The notes: generated by a model from the sequence alone, not told the origin. Positions 28,749-38,964 are shown, numbered from the stretch's first letter. The stretch: DNA of 64,000 nucleotides from Dehalococcoidia bacterium (GCA_050011565.1 JBEKIW010000002.1:384001-448000); one strand, 5' to 3'. Numbers and translations are program-made.

Positions 28749-30029
28749 CTATCTAAGGGTGCATCTCTCCAGGGTCTTCGGCAAGTATTGCATGGTGCTA
28801 AAAAGTTCGTCACCGGAAAGTTTGGCGATTCGACCGGGGCTGGAATCCTTGACAATTGATGATTTACGAACATCTACTACCAGGGCGACCTGCTCCGCAA
28901 ATGCTTGACCGATCTCACCGGCGACACTTTGCCCACGGGATAAAGATTCGGATAACCCGTTAACGGTGGCCGTCAGGATTTCCGGATTGAGTTTTTTAAT
29001 TGCATCTTTGGCGGCTACTATCGCGGTATACAGTAGCCCTACCTGAGCGCCCGCCTCGCGTTCGGACAGCACGCCGTCACTGTAAATTATAGAGCGCAGC
29101 CTGAAAAATTCGTCCAGAATCGTTTTGTCGCCGGTTCCGCTGGGTTTAAGTTGAGCCAGTCCATCGTCTTTAGTTATCAAACTAGCTTTAACATCATCGA
29201 CCAGGCTCTTAACTCGATTCCTCAACTTGGCGGCATCCGTAAACCAGCTCCGGATGCCGGAATATTCGTCGCTACGCCTTATCCTGAGCATTAACCAGGC
29301 TCCATCTTCGAGCGGTGTATTCTCATAATAGGGCATTAGTATTTCACTCTGGCGTTTAACTGATAACCCGGGCTTATCCAGGTCCACTCCGTATTTAACT
29401 GACAACCCGGGCTCATTCAGTACGGCTCCGCGATGGAAAAGTATAAAAATTTCCGGTCCTACCATGGCTTCGGGGCGTAAATAATAGTCCATACCGGAGA
29501 AATCAAAGAATGCATCTCGTTTCAGGATGGGGTCAGCCAGTATCTTAAGTACGGCGCCGGTGATGTCCCGACCTGCGGCAGCGAGTATTCCGGCAGGTCC
29601 GGTTATGCCGGCCGTTTCCACCATTCCGGTAACTATCCCCAAACTGGCACTGGCGGCGCTTTTGAACGTATCGCTGGTGGCAGTATCTTTCCTGACTGAA
29701 GAAAATACGGCAGAAAGAGATATCGGCCCGCCCCTATAATTGCGGTCAACCAGTACGGGTTTCTCGAAAACCCGGGCGATGCGTGCTCCGGCGTGCAGGT
29801 TAAAAGCGCCTAAAGCCACCGGGTAGTTCTCTGCTCCTCCCGACATTTTGATATCCAATATACCGGAAGCTGTACGCTCCGCAAACCACAAAGGCTGTCT
29901 ATTGATGAACCAGGAAACTGCATCAACACTCAAATAATGATTGCCCGCTGTCAACTTCGCCTGGTCGCTGCTGCCCTGCGGTACGATCTTATAGATATGC
30001 TGTTCCCCGTGTCCTGCTTCGGTAGCCAT
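28749..30029 (-). CDS. hypothetical protein (426 aa)
   Basis: Long ORF with SD AAAGGAGG; no recognised motif. Confidence 0.75.
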   Translation of the reverse strand: MATEAGHGEQHIYKIVPQGSSDQAKLTAGNHYLSVDAVSWFINRQPLWFAERTASGILDIKMSGGAENYPVALGAFNLHAGARIARVFEKPVLVDRNYRGGPISLSAVFSSVRKDTATSDTFKSAASASLGIVTGMVETAGITGPAGILAAAGRDITGAVLKILADPILKRDAFFDFSGMDYYLRPEAMVGPEIFILFHRGAVLNEPGLSVKYGVDLDKPGLSVKRQSEILMPYYENTPLEDGAWLMLRIRRSDEYSGIRSWFTDAAKLRNRVKSLVDDVKASLITKDDGLAQLKPSGTGDKTILDEFFRLRSIIYSDGVLSEREAGAQVGLLYTAIVAAKDAIKKLNPEILTATVNGLSESLSRGQSVAGEIGQAFAEQVALVVDVRKSSIVKDSSPGRIAKLSGDELFSTMQYLPKTLERCTLR

Positions 30030-30117
30030 ACTATGCCTCCTTTGTCCCGGTTAAAAAACAGTGTTCCAAGGTAGTTCTTTCAGAAGTTCGTTACTGAATA
30101 GATTACTGCCTGCTGGT

Positions 30118-30265
30118 CAATAGCTAATTAGTCCCCCAGTCCAATAGCCAATTAGTACGCCCCTGCTTAATCATATGCGGGTATGTTAGCTTTATCAATA
30201 GCCAATTAGTACCCCCTGGTTAATAGCCAATTAGTACCCCCTGGTCGATAGCCAATTAGTACCCC
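30118..30265. repeat. five direct copies of an (A/G)ATAGC(C/T)AATTAGT motif, 24-25 bp period
   Basis: Units start at 30118, 30142, 30196, 30221, 30246. Confidence 0.88.
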
Positions 30266-30320
30266 ATTGCTTTAGCCCCGCCCGTGCCACCTTAAAAGGT
30301 TGCACCTGCGTGATGTGGCT

Positions 30321-30399
30321 GTCATTCTGAGCGCAGCGAGGAATCTACCCCTTTCCCACCGCCGAGATTCTTCGGTCGCGTCATTCCCTCAGAAAGACA
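30321..30399. repeat. GTCATTCTGAG...CTCAGAA(T/A)GAC palindromic element (family E)
   Basis: Related copies at 26516-26539, 38279-38303, 57602-57690. Confidence 0.8.
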
Positions 30400-30415
30400 C
30401 ATAGTGGTATACTCA

Positions 30416-30573
30416 TTTTTGACCTTTGACTTGAACTTTTGACTTTTAACTTATTAAAAATCCCCTTTAATCCCCCTTTTCCTAAGGGGGAAACAAAAGT
30501 AAAAGGTTAAAGGTTAAAAATTAAAGGTTCACGTCAAAAAGTTAAAAGTATTTTTGGCCTTTAGCTTTTAACT
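30416..30573. repeat. family C heptamer arms flanking a family A palindrome
   Basis: AAAAATCCCCTTTAATCCCCCTTTTCCTAAGGGGGA at 30456-30491 between heptamer tracts. Confidence 0.8.
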
Positions 30574-30576
30574 TGG

Positions 30577-32484
30577 CTAAAGCGTGATAACGAAATTGGT
30601 GATGCCGTGTTCGGTCTTTTCCCAGTAAGAAGGCTTGACTATCAGTTGCCATAGTGCCTTATATGCCCCCACGGATTGCAGCAGCCAGTAAACCGGGCTG
30701 AGCAGCGCGTAGGGAATGAGATGATAATATTTTCTGGGCACCACCGCGAACAAGTTCAGGCAAATAACTACCGCGTTGCCCACAAACAGGTTTATTGCCG
30801 ATACATAAAACAACACTATAGGCGTCGAATGTGGAGACAGTATAGGTGCTCCGATAGTGAGAAAATATATAAACAGGCACCACATGATCGGATTCAATAA
30901 AAATAGTGCCGGCGTTCCACCTATGAGAAGATTATACCCAAGCCACTTTTTTAATCCCATCACCTTCATTCCCTGCAATGGGTGTCTATTGTGTATCAAA
31001 AACGTTTGCATATATCCCTTAACCCAGCGGGAGCGCTGCCTCAGCCAATTCCCCAACTTGGAGTTTGCTTCCTCGTAAGTTGTCGATTTAATGATACCAA
31101 CTTTGTAGCCTTTCGCGGCGGCTCGTATGCCTAGATCGGCGTCCTCGGTCACATTGAACGGGTCCCAGGCTCCTATTTTCTTCAACTTCTGCACATGGAA
31201 ATGATTACTGGTGCCACCGAGAGGTATAGGTAGACCCATAGCATCGAGTCCGGGCAGCAGGCAATCGAACCAGTAAGTATATTCCAGGGTGAACATCTTA
31301 GTCAGAAAATTCTCATTGCGATTGAAATAATTAAGCGAGGCTTGAAAGCAAATATAGTCATCCGGATGTGTTCGAAAGGCAACGACCGCTTTTTTCAACT
31401 GGTCAGGTTCGGGAATATCTTCGGCATCATAAATAGTCAGGTACTCGCCTCTGGCGAACTGAATTCCGTAGTTTAAAGCTTTAGGTTTTGTTTTTGGCTC
31501 GCTGTTCGGCAAAGTTAGAATCCTCCAGCTTACCGGAGGGTGCGCTTTTTTAGTAGCCTCCAATGTCTCCTTGTCGTTTTCTTCCAGCAGCAGGATTATA
31601 TCCAGCTTATCGGCGGGGTAATCTAACCTTTGAACAGCTTTTATCAGGGTAGGAATGACCTTCATTTCCTTGTAAGCCGCAATGAGAACCGTATAAACAG
31701 GCAATCTCTTCGGGTCCAGATAAAGATAATTATCCTCAGTGTATTGCCTATGCTGGGTACGCTTCAGCCCCCAGGCTGTAACAATGAACTTATATAGGAA
31801 TGAAATCAGGTAAAAAAACTGAACAGCGAATAAAAAGATGATAAAAACAACTTGCGCATTGACAGCAATGGCAATAAATGTCGTGAGGAGAAGCAGACAT
31901 AAAATGCTGATCTGCGATTTATTAAAGACCTTTTGGGCGGACTCATCAGGATTCCGGTAGAAAAGCCCGTGAACAGACTTATCAAGCATCGTGTCCCGGT
32001 AGACGGCGTCAGTTAATTTCATAATGTCCAGGTCGCTGACCACGATCTGACTGATAATCTCATGTCCGAAACGTCTTTGTAAGAAGGCAAGCGTTTCTGG
32101 ATTTTCAGGTTCGGAAGTAAGCACATCGAGCGTTCCATTCGGCTTTCGAAACGGGATTGCCTGGTAGCGTGCTACCTCTTCAGGAGTAACCAGCGCCGCT
32201 AGGTCCTTATTTATATTGTTAACCATATAAGATACATCGGTGGCACAAGGAAGATGGAAATGAGAAGCCAGAGCTCGGCTCAGGTCCAGGCGATTAATAT
32301 ATCCCAGTGTCGCTAGAATCCAACCCAGCCTGCCGCCGAACTGCTGTTGATACTGCAGGGCACGGTTGAGCTGAATGGGTGAAATGTAGCCGGCATCGAG
32401 CAGGATATCTCCGATTCTTCTGGAGTTTCCGTCACTCCGTTCCGGCGGTTCAATTGACAGTCTATCTTTTTCAAGAATTACCAT
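30577..32484 (-). CDS. membrane GT2 glycosyltransferase with N-terminal MshEN (c-di-GMP-binding) domain
   Basis: RIGDILLDAGYI...QL..AL..Q and RLGWIL...G..; KTKPKALN, YDAED, TEDADLG, RQRSRW, WEKTEHG. Confidence 0.9.
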   Translation of the reverse strand: MVILEKDRLSIEPPERSDGNSRRIGDILLDAGYISPIQLNRALQYQQQFGGRLGWILATLGYINRLDLSRALASHFHLPCATDVSYMVNNINKDLAALVTPEEVARYQAIPFRKPNGTLDVLTSEPENPETLAFLQRRFGHEIISQIVVSDLDIMKLTDAVYRDTMLDKSVHGLFYRNPDESAQKVFNKSQISILCLLLLTTFIAIAVNAQVVFIIFLFAVQFFYLISFLYKFIVTAWGLKRTQHRQYTEDNYLYLDPKRLPVYTVLIAAYKEMKVIPTLIKAVQRLDYPADKLDIILLLEENDKETLEATKKAHPPVSWRILTLPNSEPKTKPKALNYGIQFARGEYLTIYDAEDIPEPDQLKKAVVAFRTHPDDYICFQASLNYFNRNENFLTKMFTLEYTYWFDCLLPGLDAMGLPIPLGGTSNHFHVQKLKKIGAWDPFNVTEDADLGIRAAAKGYKVGIIKSTTYEEANSKLGNWLRQRSRWVKGYMQTFLIHNRHPLQGMKVMGLKKWLGYNLLIGGTPALFLLNPIMWCLFIYFLTIGAPILSPHSTPIVLFYVSAINLFVGNAVVICLNLFAVVPRKYYHLIPYALLSPVYWLLQSVGAYKALWQLIVKPSYWEKTEHGITNFVITL

Positions 32485-32635
32485 GATTTTCCGACCCTAT
32501 CCGCATGAGTTCCATATATGATATGTGTACAGTAGTATAGTAACGTCAGGTACAGTTACGAACAATGCCCTATTAGTCCTTTTCACTGTAGGATTATGGT
32601 AACCACAAAGAAGTAGTACTTCCGGTTTAAAATTT

Positions 32636-32796
32636 CTCCCTCCCCTGGTGGGAGGGAGTTAGAGGGAGGGGGGAAACAAAAGTCAAATATTAAAGGTTAA
32701 AAATAAAAGGTTCATGTTAAAATTTTAAAATCATCTTTGGCTTTTAACTTTTAACTTATTAAAAATCCCCCTTAATCCCCCTTTTCCAAAGGGGGA
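32636..32796. repeat. composite of family F, C and A repeat units
   Basis: CTCCCTCCCCTGGTGGGAGGGAGTTAGAGGGAGGGGG (reverse complement at 56588-56626; tail also at 62574-62597), heptamer arms, family A unit at 32761-32796. Confidence 0.8.
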
Positions 32797-32861
32797 TAAC
32801 TTTTCCACCATAAGTGGTAAAATATACGCAAACTTCCACACCACCAACGGGAGACCAAACC

Positions 32862-34619
32862 TTGTTACTCGAAATAAGAGTCAGGAACCTGGGAATCATC
32901 GAAAGCATAGACTGGAACCTGGGCCGCGGGCTGAACGTCATCACCGGCGAGACAGGTGCCGGCAAATCACTGCTCATCGACGCTGTGGAGGCGCTGCTGG
33001 AAGGGAAAGTAGGCGAGGAGGTTATCCGCCATGGCAGCGACGAAGCCCAAATCGAAGGTATTTTCGCCTTGCCCGATAATGAACACCTGGCGCAGCTCAG
33101 GGAACTCCTGGACGAAAATGGCTTGAAATCAGATGAGGATAATCTGGTTATCAGTTGCGAATCCAAAAGGCATGGGCGCGGCATTGTCAGGGTCAACGGA
33201 CGTGCGACCACCAGAGGCATTCTGCGCCAGATCGGACGCTTGCTAATCGATATTCACGGCCAGAGCGAGCACCTGTCTCTACTCGATACGAAGTATCACC
33301 TGGATTTCCTCGATGCCTATGGCCATACCATGGAGCTGCGGCACAGCTTCACCGCTAAAGTGGCAGAGCTTCATAAACTGGAGCAGGAGCTCAAGGCGCT
33401 GGTTGAAGCCGAGAAAGATGCCGCTCGCCGCCAGGAATTCCTGCGCTTCCAGCTCGATGAGATAAGAAAAGCTGAGTTGCGTCCCGGGGAGGAGGAAGAG
33501 CTGGAAAAAGAACGAACTCTCCTGTCTTCGGCTGAGCAGCTGAAGGCAATGTCTTATGAAGCCTACCAGGCTCTAGGCAAGGAAGATGCCTCACGTGGTT
33601 CAGCACCGGCTCTGGACAAATTGAATGAAGCACTGGCAGTTATGAAGAAGCTCGTCGAGCTGGACCCCACGCTTAGCCAGCAATTGAGTTCTCTCGAAGA
33701 TGCCGTGTACCGGGTCGAGGAGGCAGCGCGGGAAATTAGCGCTTACAGCGGAAGGTTGGAGCAGAATCCGGAGCGGCTGGAAGAGGTGGAGTCGCGTTTT
33801 GAGGTCATAAAAGGTCTAAAACGGAAATACGGACAGACCATCGCTGACATACTGCTCTATTTGGAGAAGACTGAAAAAGAGCTGGAGTCAATCTCGCGTT
33901 CTTCAGAGAGGCAGGCTGAGCTGGAGAAGATGCGCTCTGAGCTCAAGGTGGAGATGGGCAGGATAGCCTCCGAGCTCTCCACAGCGCGCTCAGCGACGGC
34001 GGAGAAGTTAGTCGCCGAGGTGAAGAAGGAACTCCATGATTTGAGCATGTCGCAGGTTGAATTCGAGGTGTCCCTAACCCGGGAGGAAGCTGAAGACGGT
34101 ATTCCTCTACCTGACGGCAAAACTTACGCCTTTAACAGCGAGGGAGTTGATGTGGTTGAGTTCATGGCTTCGACCAATCCCGGAGAGCCTGTAAAGCCCA
34201 TAACCAGGATTGCTTCTACAGGTGAAATCTCCCGTTTTACGCTGGCGCTGAAATGCGCTCTGTCGGAGGTTGATAGTATCCCCATTCTCATTTTCGACGA
34301 GATAGACATCGGTGTGGGGGGACGGAGCGGCGAAATAATAGGCAAGAAGCTCTGGACACTAGCTCAGAATCGCCAGGTGATTTGCGTAACTCATCTTCCC
34401 CAGATCGCTGCCTATGCCGATGCCCATTACCAAGTTCACAAAGAAGAGTCAGGCGCTCGGACTGTCAGCCTGCTTCAGCCGCTTGAAGGCGAGGAACGTA
34501 CCAGGGAGATTGCCGTCATGCTCGCCGGCCCGCAGTACACTGAAGTTTCCCTGACCGACGCCCGCGGCGTGATGCACAGGGCACAGTCCTGGAAACAAGA
34601 CCACGGCAAGATATCCTAA
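32862..34619 (+). CDS. recN: DNA repair protein RecN
   Basis: TGETGAGKSLL, IDIHGQ.EH, NPGEP...ASTGE.SR..LA, FDEID.GVGG, VTHLPQIA; TTG start after GGGAG. Confidence 0.97.
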   Translation: MLLEIRVRNLGIIESIDWNLGRGLNVITGETGAGKSLLIDAVEALLEGKVGEEVIRHGSDEAQIEGIFALPDNEHLAQLRELLDENGLKSDEDNLVISCESKRHGRGIVRVNGRATTRGILRQIGRLLIDIHGQSEHLSLLDTKYHLDFLDAYGHTMELRHSFTAKVAELHKLEQELKALVEAEKDAARRQEFLRFQLDEIRKAELRPGEEEELEKERTLLSSAEQLKAMSYEAYQALGKEDASRGSAPALDKLNEALAVMKKLVELDPTLSQQLSSLEDAVYRVEEAAREISAYSGRLEQNPERLEEVESRFEVIKGLKRKYGQTIADILLYLEKTEKELESISRSSERQAELEKMRSELKVEMGRIASELSTARSATAEKLVAEVKKELHDLSMSQVEFEVSLTREEAEDGIPLPDGKTYAFNSEGVDVVEFMASTNPGEPVKPITRIASTGEISRFTLALKCALSEVDSIPILIFDEIDIGVGGRSGEIIGKKLWTLAQNRQVICVTHLPQIAAYADAHYQVHKEESGARTVSLLQPLEGEERTREIAVMLAGPQYTEVSLTDARGVMHRAQSWKQDHGKIS

Positions 34620-34743
34620 TATAAGAATATATTATTAATAGTTTAGGGATACACAAAATATATCTAAATAATACTGGATATATAGCTATATATATCGTAT
34701 AAGATAGACAGCAACTATATTCTGGCTATCTCGAGTATTTATT

Positions 34744-37700
34744 TCATATCTTTCCGAGCTTTCGATCAGGTAGTAATAACCTGGGGTCACTTTGTTCAAT
34801 TGCCATCATTTGGCAGCAGCGTTGTCTTTCTACACGATCCGATTCATATAACATAAGCCTATGGAAGACAAGGCGCCTTAATATGGCTCTTGCCACGTTA
34901 TTTTTCTCGATGTCTTTGAGCAATTCGGATAAATTATCTAAAGGTAAGCTCGATTGGCAATCCAACTTAATACTTACATCAATAAGGCGAACAGATATTA
35001 GATGACCATATTTGTCAAAAATACTCTTATAAGTGGGGTATAGTTTCTCGGTTCCAACATATTTTGCGACGCCATAAACCCCAGCAAGTGAAACTTGCAT
35101 CGTCATAATAAAAGCAACAGCTTTTGCGGCTATCTCTAATTGAGAATCTGTTGGCCAGCGGCGTCTATCCGGAGGCAACTTAAGCAATTCCTTATCCAAT
35201 CTGTATCTCATATTATCTTTAACTTCACTAACAAATTCCTTAATAGTATTGGCATAGAACGTTAGAGTTTCCTTGAGGACCCTTAAACCTAATAAATAAC
35301 TTTCCTGAACTAAAGAATATTTATCCTGCCCTTCCCAAGAAGTCGCGAAATTCTTGACAATCTGTCCCATTATCCGGATCATTTTGAAGGCTATCGTAAT
35401 AGATTTAAACTGTTCGTCAATATTTTCATTATCTCTAGTATATTGAATATCTATTTTGCGTTCTCTTCTTTTGTTATCTTCCCGTTTTTGTATTTCCTCT
35501 CGAATTTCTCTTGGTTTTCCTTTAGGTAATTTAAGGGTCAGGTCGAAGCCCTCTTTATTTATAAAATATAGATCCGTATCTAGATCAGTGGGTTCATTAT
35601 TGGAAAACATTTGTTTCGCCGTATACAATAAAATTTCTCGAATGTAAGGATTCTCGGACAGGTAACTTAGAAAAAGCAAAATACTCTCGTTTTCTTCGAT
35701 ATCTATATTATTAACCAAATCAGATATTATATTTTTAACCTGCTTCTCTTCCGAAGGTCTCTGCAATCGTATATTTAATGCCCTGGCAACAAAATAATAA
35801 TGGATGCAAGGATACCTATACTCGATATAATCATTTGATGGTATAAGAATATTTGCTGATGTAAGATCCACAATCAAATCATCGTAAGGCAAATCTTTAT
35901 ATCTAAGTGAGAACTTTTCTAGATATGATTTATGAAATATATAAAATTCTTGAGGAGTTATTCTATTTATTCTATTTTGAAACATCTCAAAGGAAAGTTC
36001 GGATAGGTATCTATATTTTGCATTTAGGTCAGATATTTTCCTTGGTGATTTATGTAAGGAAGTTGTTATAAGCCACTCATAAAAAAAGCCGAAGGAGCCT
36101 CTATCTTCGCCAAATGGTGTAGGTATCCCGCCAACATCACTTTCGGTGGATTGTGCGATAGTGAGTATATAAAAGGGATAAGACGGGGCGAGGCTAGGTC
36201 TCAATATCGCTTCGGCTTTTTCCTCTACCTGCTTGACCTCATGTTCTAGTTGAATCTCATCGATAACATCTTCCCGTCCTAACAAAAGCCATTTCTCAAT
36301 AAGATTACTTCTGGCAGCGCTACCGAGCTCAGATAACCCTAGTCGCCTGCAGGAGAGTAAAAAGTCATTCCGTTCCGTCTCGATAATATCTTGCACGGAA
36401 ATAATATTGGATGACGAAATAAGGGTAGTTCCAAATTGCCGGTCAATATAATCGAAAAGATTCAGTTTCGCTTTTCTACTTAGGATTGCTTCTTGGAGAT
36501 CATCGAGAATGAGTGCCCTTTTACTACTTTCTAACATCCAAAAATCGTCACGATATTCAGGACCATATTCTTTTTCAAAAGCTTCGCCAAAAAGGCGCAT
36601 GAGTTTTTCAGGGTTTCCTGTATTAATACTTTTACCATCAATCCACAATGGCACTACGTTTTTATCCTTATATTTTTTGAACATAATCTTTAGAAGAGAA
36701 GTCTTACCAGCGGATTCCGGCCCGAATAATAATATTCTATTGTTAGCCAACAAATATTCTAAAGCTCTATCGGAACTAATTAAATCGGTTTCTAATTTTT
36801 CAGATATATCCTCAAGATCTGGAAATAAGTATATGTCTTCAATATTTAGGTCCTTTTTTCTAGGATGGCTAAAAGGAACGCCAGGTGCGCTAATAAAATC
36901 TGAAAAAGACTTTTTAAGTGTAAATATATCTTGTCTAAGCACCCTACTTCGCGGAATATCTACCCATTCGAATTCCTCCGCTTTATATATAGTATTATTC
37001 CAAACATGCATAGTGTATTTCATCTTACGATCAGAAACATCAAGTAATATGGTATTAAAGGTGCTCTCCTCGCCACCTTGCAATTCACCACCTTCAATAT
37101 ATTGACGAGTTTCTCCACGTAAATATTTTGTCTCATGATACGAAGCAGCATGTTCATGACCTGTAATTATTATATTGGAGTTAAATTCAATCATTTGGCG
37201 AAATGCCTTCGAAGCCTCGGCTTGAATCCAATTATATGGATGATGCATAACTGAGAACACCAAATCAAACGAACTATCCCTGAGATTGTGTTGAACAAAT
37301 TGTAATGGAAATAGGATATAATCTACTCGTTTATCAGGTAATGACATCCAAGCAGTGTTGTAACATTCGAACTTGAGCCTAATATTGTCGCTAATGGAAA
37401 AATTCCGCTCCAAGACAAACCTTTCACGTCCGTGTTTGATTTCTATGGACTGAATTTTTGCTGACCATCGGAAAAAGTTTTGCTGAGGTTCAACGCAGCG
37501 TAATAAAAGCGCCTCTTCATTCATCAGTTGGTGATTTAATTTGATTTCTTCAACGAGTCGTTCTCGTTCTTTATCATGTTCTTTTACATCGAAGCAACAA
37601 TCATGATTACCGGGAACTATAATATAGTAAATATGTGCGGATTCTTTCGCTAACCTGATCTTCTTTTCCAGCTCAGTGAAAAACAATTGCGCTATTTTAT

Positions 37701-37872
37701 ATTCTTCTTGTTTCCCCGAGTTTGCAATATCTCCCGTAACAATTATCCATATGTTCTCAATACTGGCCAATTGACTCTTCACTGCATTACCGATGGCTGC
37801 GACTCTATCCAGTATCTCATCTTCCTTATTCTTCAAATGAAAATCGCTTAGATGAATCAATAATATATTCAT
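34744..37872 (-). CDS. metallophosphoesterase-STAND/NACHT-type NTPase fusion (1042 aa), candidate defence protein
   Basis: HLSDFH, TGDIA, PGNHD, MHHP, GHEH; Walker A GPESAGKT, Walker B LILDD; AT-rich. Confidence 0.82.
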   Translation of the reverse strand: MNILLIHLSDFHLKNKEDEILDRVAAIGNAVKSQLASIENIWIIVTGDIANSGKQEEYKIAQLFFTELEKKIRLAKESAHIYYIIVPGNHDCCFDVKEHDKERERLVEEIKLNHQLMNEEALLLRCVEPQQNFFRWSAKIQSIEIKHGRERFVLERNFSISDNIRLKFECYNTAWMSLPDKRVDYILFPLQFVQHNLRDSSFDLVFSVMHHPYNWIQAEASKAFRQMIEFNSNIIITGHEHAASYHETKYLRGETRQYIEGGELQGGEESTFNTILLDVSDRKMKYTMHVWNNTIYKAEEFEWVDIPRSRVLRQDIFTLKKSFSDFISAPGVPFSHPRKKDLNIEDIYLFPDLEDISEKLETDLISSDRALEYLLANNRILLFGPESAGKTSLLKIMFKKYKDKNVVPLWIDGKSINTGNPEKLMRLFGEAFEKEYGPEYRDDFWMLESSKRALILDDLQEAILSRKAKLNLFDYIDRQFGTTLISSSNIISVQDIIETERNDFLLSCRRLGLSELGSAARSNLIEKWLLLGREDVIDEIQLEHEVKQVEEKAEAILRPSLAPSYPFYILTIAQSTESDVGGIPTPFGEDRGSFGFFYEWLITTSLHKSPRKISDLNAKYRYLSELSFEMFQNRINRITPQEFYIFHKSYLEKFSLRYKDLPYDDLIVDLTSANILIPSNDYIEYRYPCIHYYFVARALNIRLQRPSEEKQVKNIISDLVNNIDIEENESILLFLSYLSENPYIREILLYTAKQMFSNNEPTDLDTDLYFINKEGFDLTLKLPKGKPREIREEIQKREDNKRRERKIDIQYTRDNENIDEQFKSITIAFKMIRIMGQIVKNFATSWEGQDKYSLVQESYLLGLRVLKETLTFYANTIKEFVSEVKDNMRYRLDKELLKLPPDRRRWPTDSQLEIAAKAVAFIMTMQVSLAGVYGVAKYVGTEKLYPTYKSIFDKYGHLISVRLIDVSIKLDCQSSLPLDNLSELLKDIEKNNVARAILRRLVFHRLMLYESDRVERQRCCQMMAIEQSDPRLLLPDRKLGKI

Positions 37873-38044
37873 GTTTTGCCCCCGATCTTATTCTATTGCG
37901 ATGTGTGAGGGCTGTCAATCCATATAATTACATTAATGATTATGAGGTATGTGTCGGATAATGGTTTGGGGTTTTGAAGAACTCGTACTTGAGATTTTCG
38001 GATTTGTAGGTTTTTTGATGACTGTATTTACTTTTTCCGGAACA

Positions 38045-38147
38045 TCGTTGTAATCGGTGCGGAGCGACGCTGTATTTGTTATCTGGCGGCAGCGGGCGCC
38101 GTGTAATCAAAGCCTTGTAGTTTCCGGCGCTCCAGTTTTGACTGGAG
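38045..38147 (-). pseudogene. orphan 3' fragment of a DEAD-box helicase gene
   Basis: Aligns by eye at about 85% to 45307-45406; translates LQSKLERRKLQGFDYTAPAAAR*. Confidence 0.8.
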
Positions 38148-38303
38148 TTTCACCCTCACCTTAATCCTCTCCCTCAAGGGAGAGGAAATAAAGGTTTTCT
38201 AAGAGGGGCTGCGCCCCTCTTAAACTCCCCGACTGCATCGCTGGGTGTCTGCCCACCCTGCCACCCAAGGGAGAGGAAATTCTTCGACGGGTGCAGAATG
38301 AGC
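38148..38303. repeat. family B palindromic element plus family E unit
   Basis: CACCCTCACCTTAATCCTCTCCCTCAAGGGAGAGG, AGGGGCTGCGCCCCT. Confidence 0.78.
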
Positions 38304-38356
38304 GAATGTAATATTAGGGCGGTTTGTGCAATAATATAAAGGGAGGTGATTAATTC

Positions 38357-38710
38357 ATGAGCAAAATTTGGGGAATGATCAGTTTCATATTGTTTTGTAT
38401 AGGCCTGTTACTATCTATTATTGGAGGTCTAGCATTTCCCGCGAATGTTATCGTTTTGATGGTACTAGCAATCTTCGGCCTTGTAATCGGGATTATCCAT
38501 GTTGTCTATGCCAAAGAAATTAATACCTTGCATACCTTGCTTCTTGCTACTATAGCCCTGTTGGCAATGACAGCTGCCTTCACTTCAATTACGTCCCTGG
38601 GCATAGGTAAATTAGTTACCGGCATACTCGTGAACTTTGCTGTTCTGATGGCACCAGTGGCCCTTATCGCTGCAATAATAGCACTGCTAAAAATAGGTCT
38701 CGTGGAGTGA
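38357..38710 (+). CDS. small four-TM membrane protein, function unknown
   Basis: Hydrophobic throughout; SD GGAGGTG; TATAAA and CAATAAT upstream. Confidence 0.75.
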   Translation: MSKIWGMISFILFCIGLLLSIIGGLAFPANVIVLMVLAIFGLVIGIIHVVYAKEINTLHTLLLATIALLAMTAAFTSITSLGIGKLVTGILVNFAVLMAPVALIAAIIALLKIGLVE

Positions 38711-38794
38711 GCCTTTAAGGAGTCTTAATTCAAATACAATGTGATTTGAAACCCGGGTCGTGCGTCACAATACTAAATACGGAGGTCAAAGAAG

Positions 38795-38944
38795 GTGCCT
38801 AGAAAAGTGAGGAGTGATACAAGGGTCGGGAAAATGGAAAAAGACCTCGGTCTACCACCGGGAACCGTCAGAAATCCAAGTGGAAGAGATACAAGATCTG
38901 ACAAGAAAATCGGAACGATTAGAAAAGGGCGAGGCAAAAAATAG
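38795..38944 (+). CDS. small basic protein with two RSD motifs (49 aa); not in ORF track
   Basis: GTG start after GGAGG: MPRKVRSDTRVGKMEKDLGLPPGTVRNPSGRDTRSDKKIGTIRKGRGKK. Confidence 0.7.
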   Translation: MPRKVRSDTRVGKMEKDLGLPPGTVRNPSGRDTRSDKKIGTIRKGRGKK

Positions 38945-38964
38945 ATATAACGCAGAGCGTTATA

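Noticed and set aside
30118-30265. CRISPR array
   Set aside because: Period is only 24-25 bp, there are no unique spacers, and no cas genes are present
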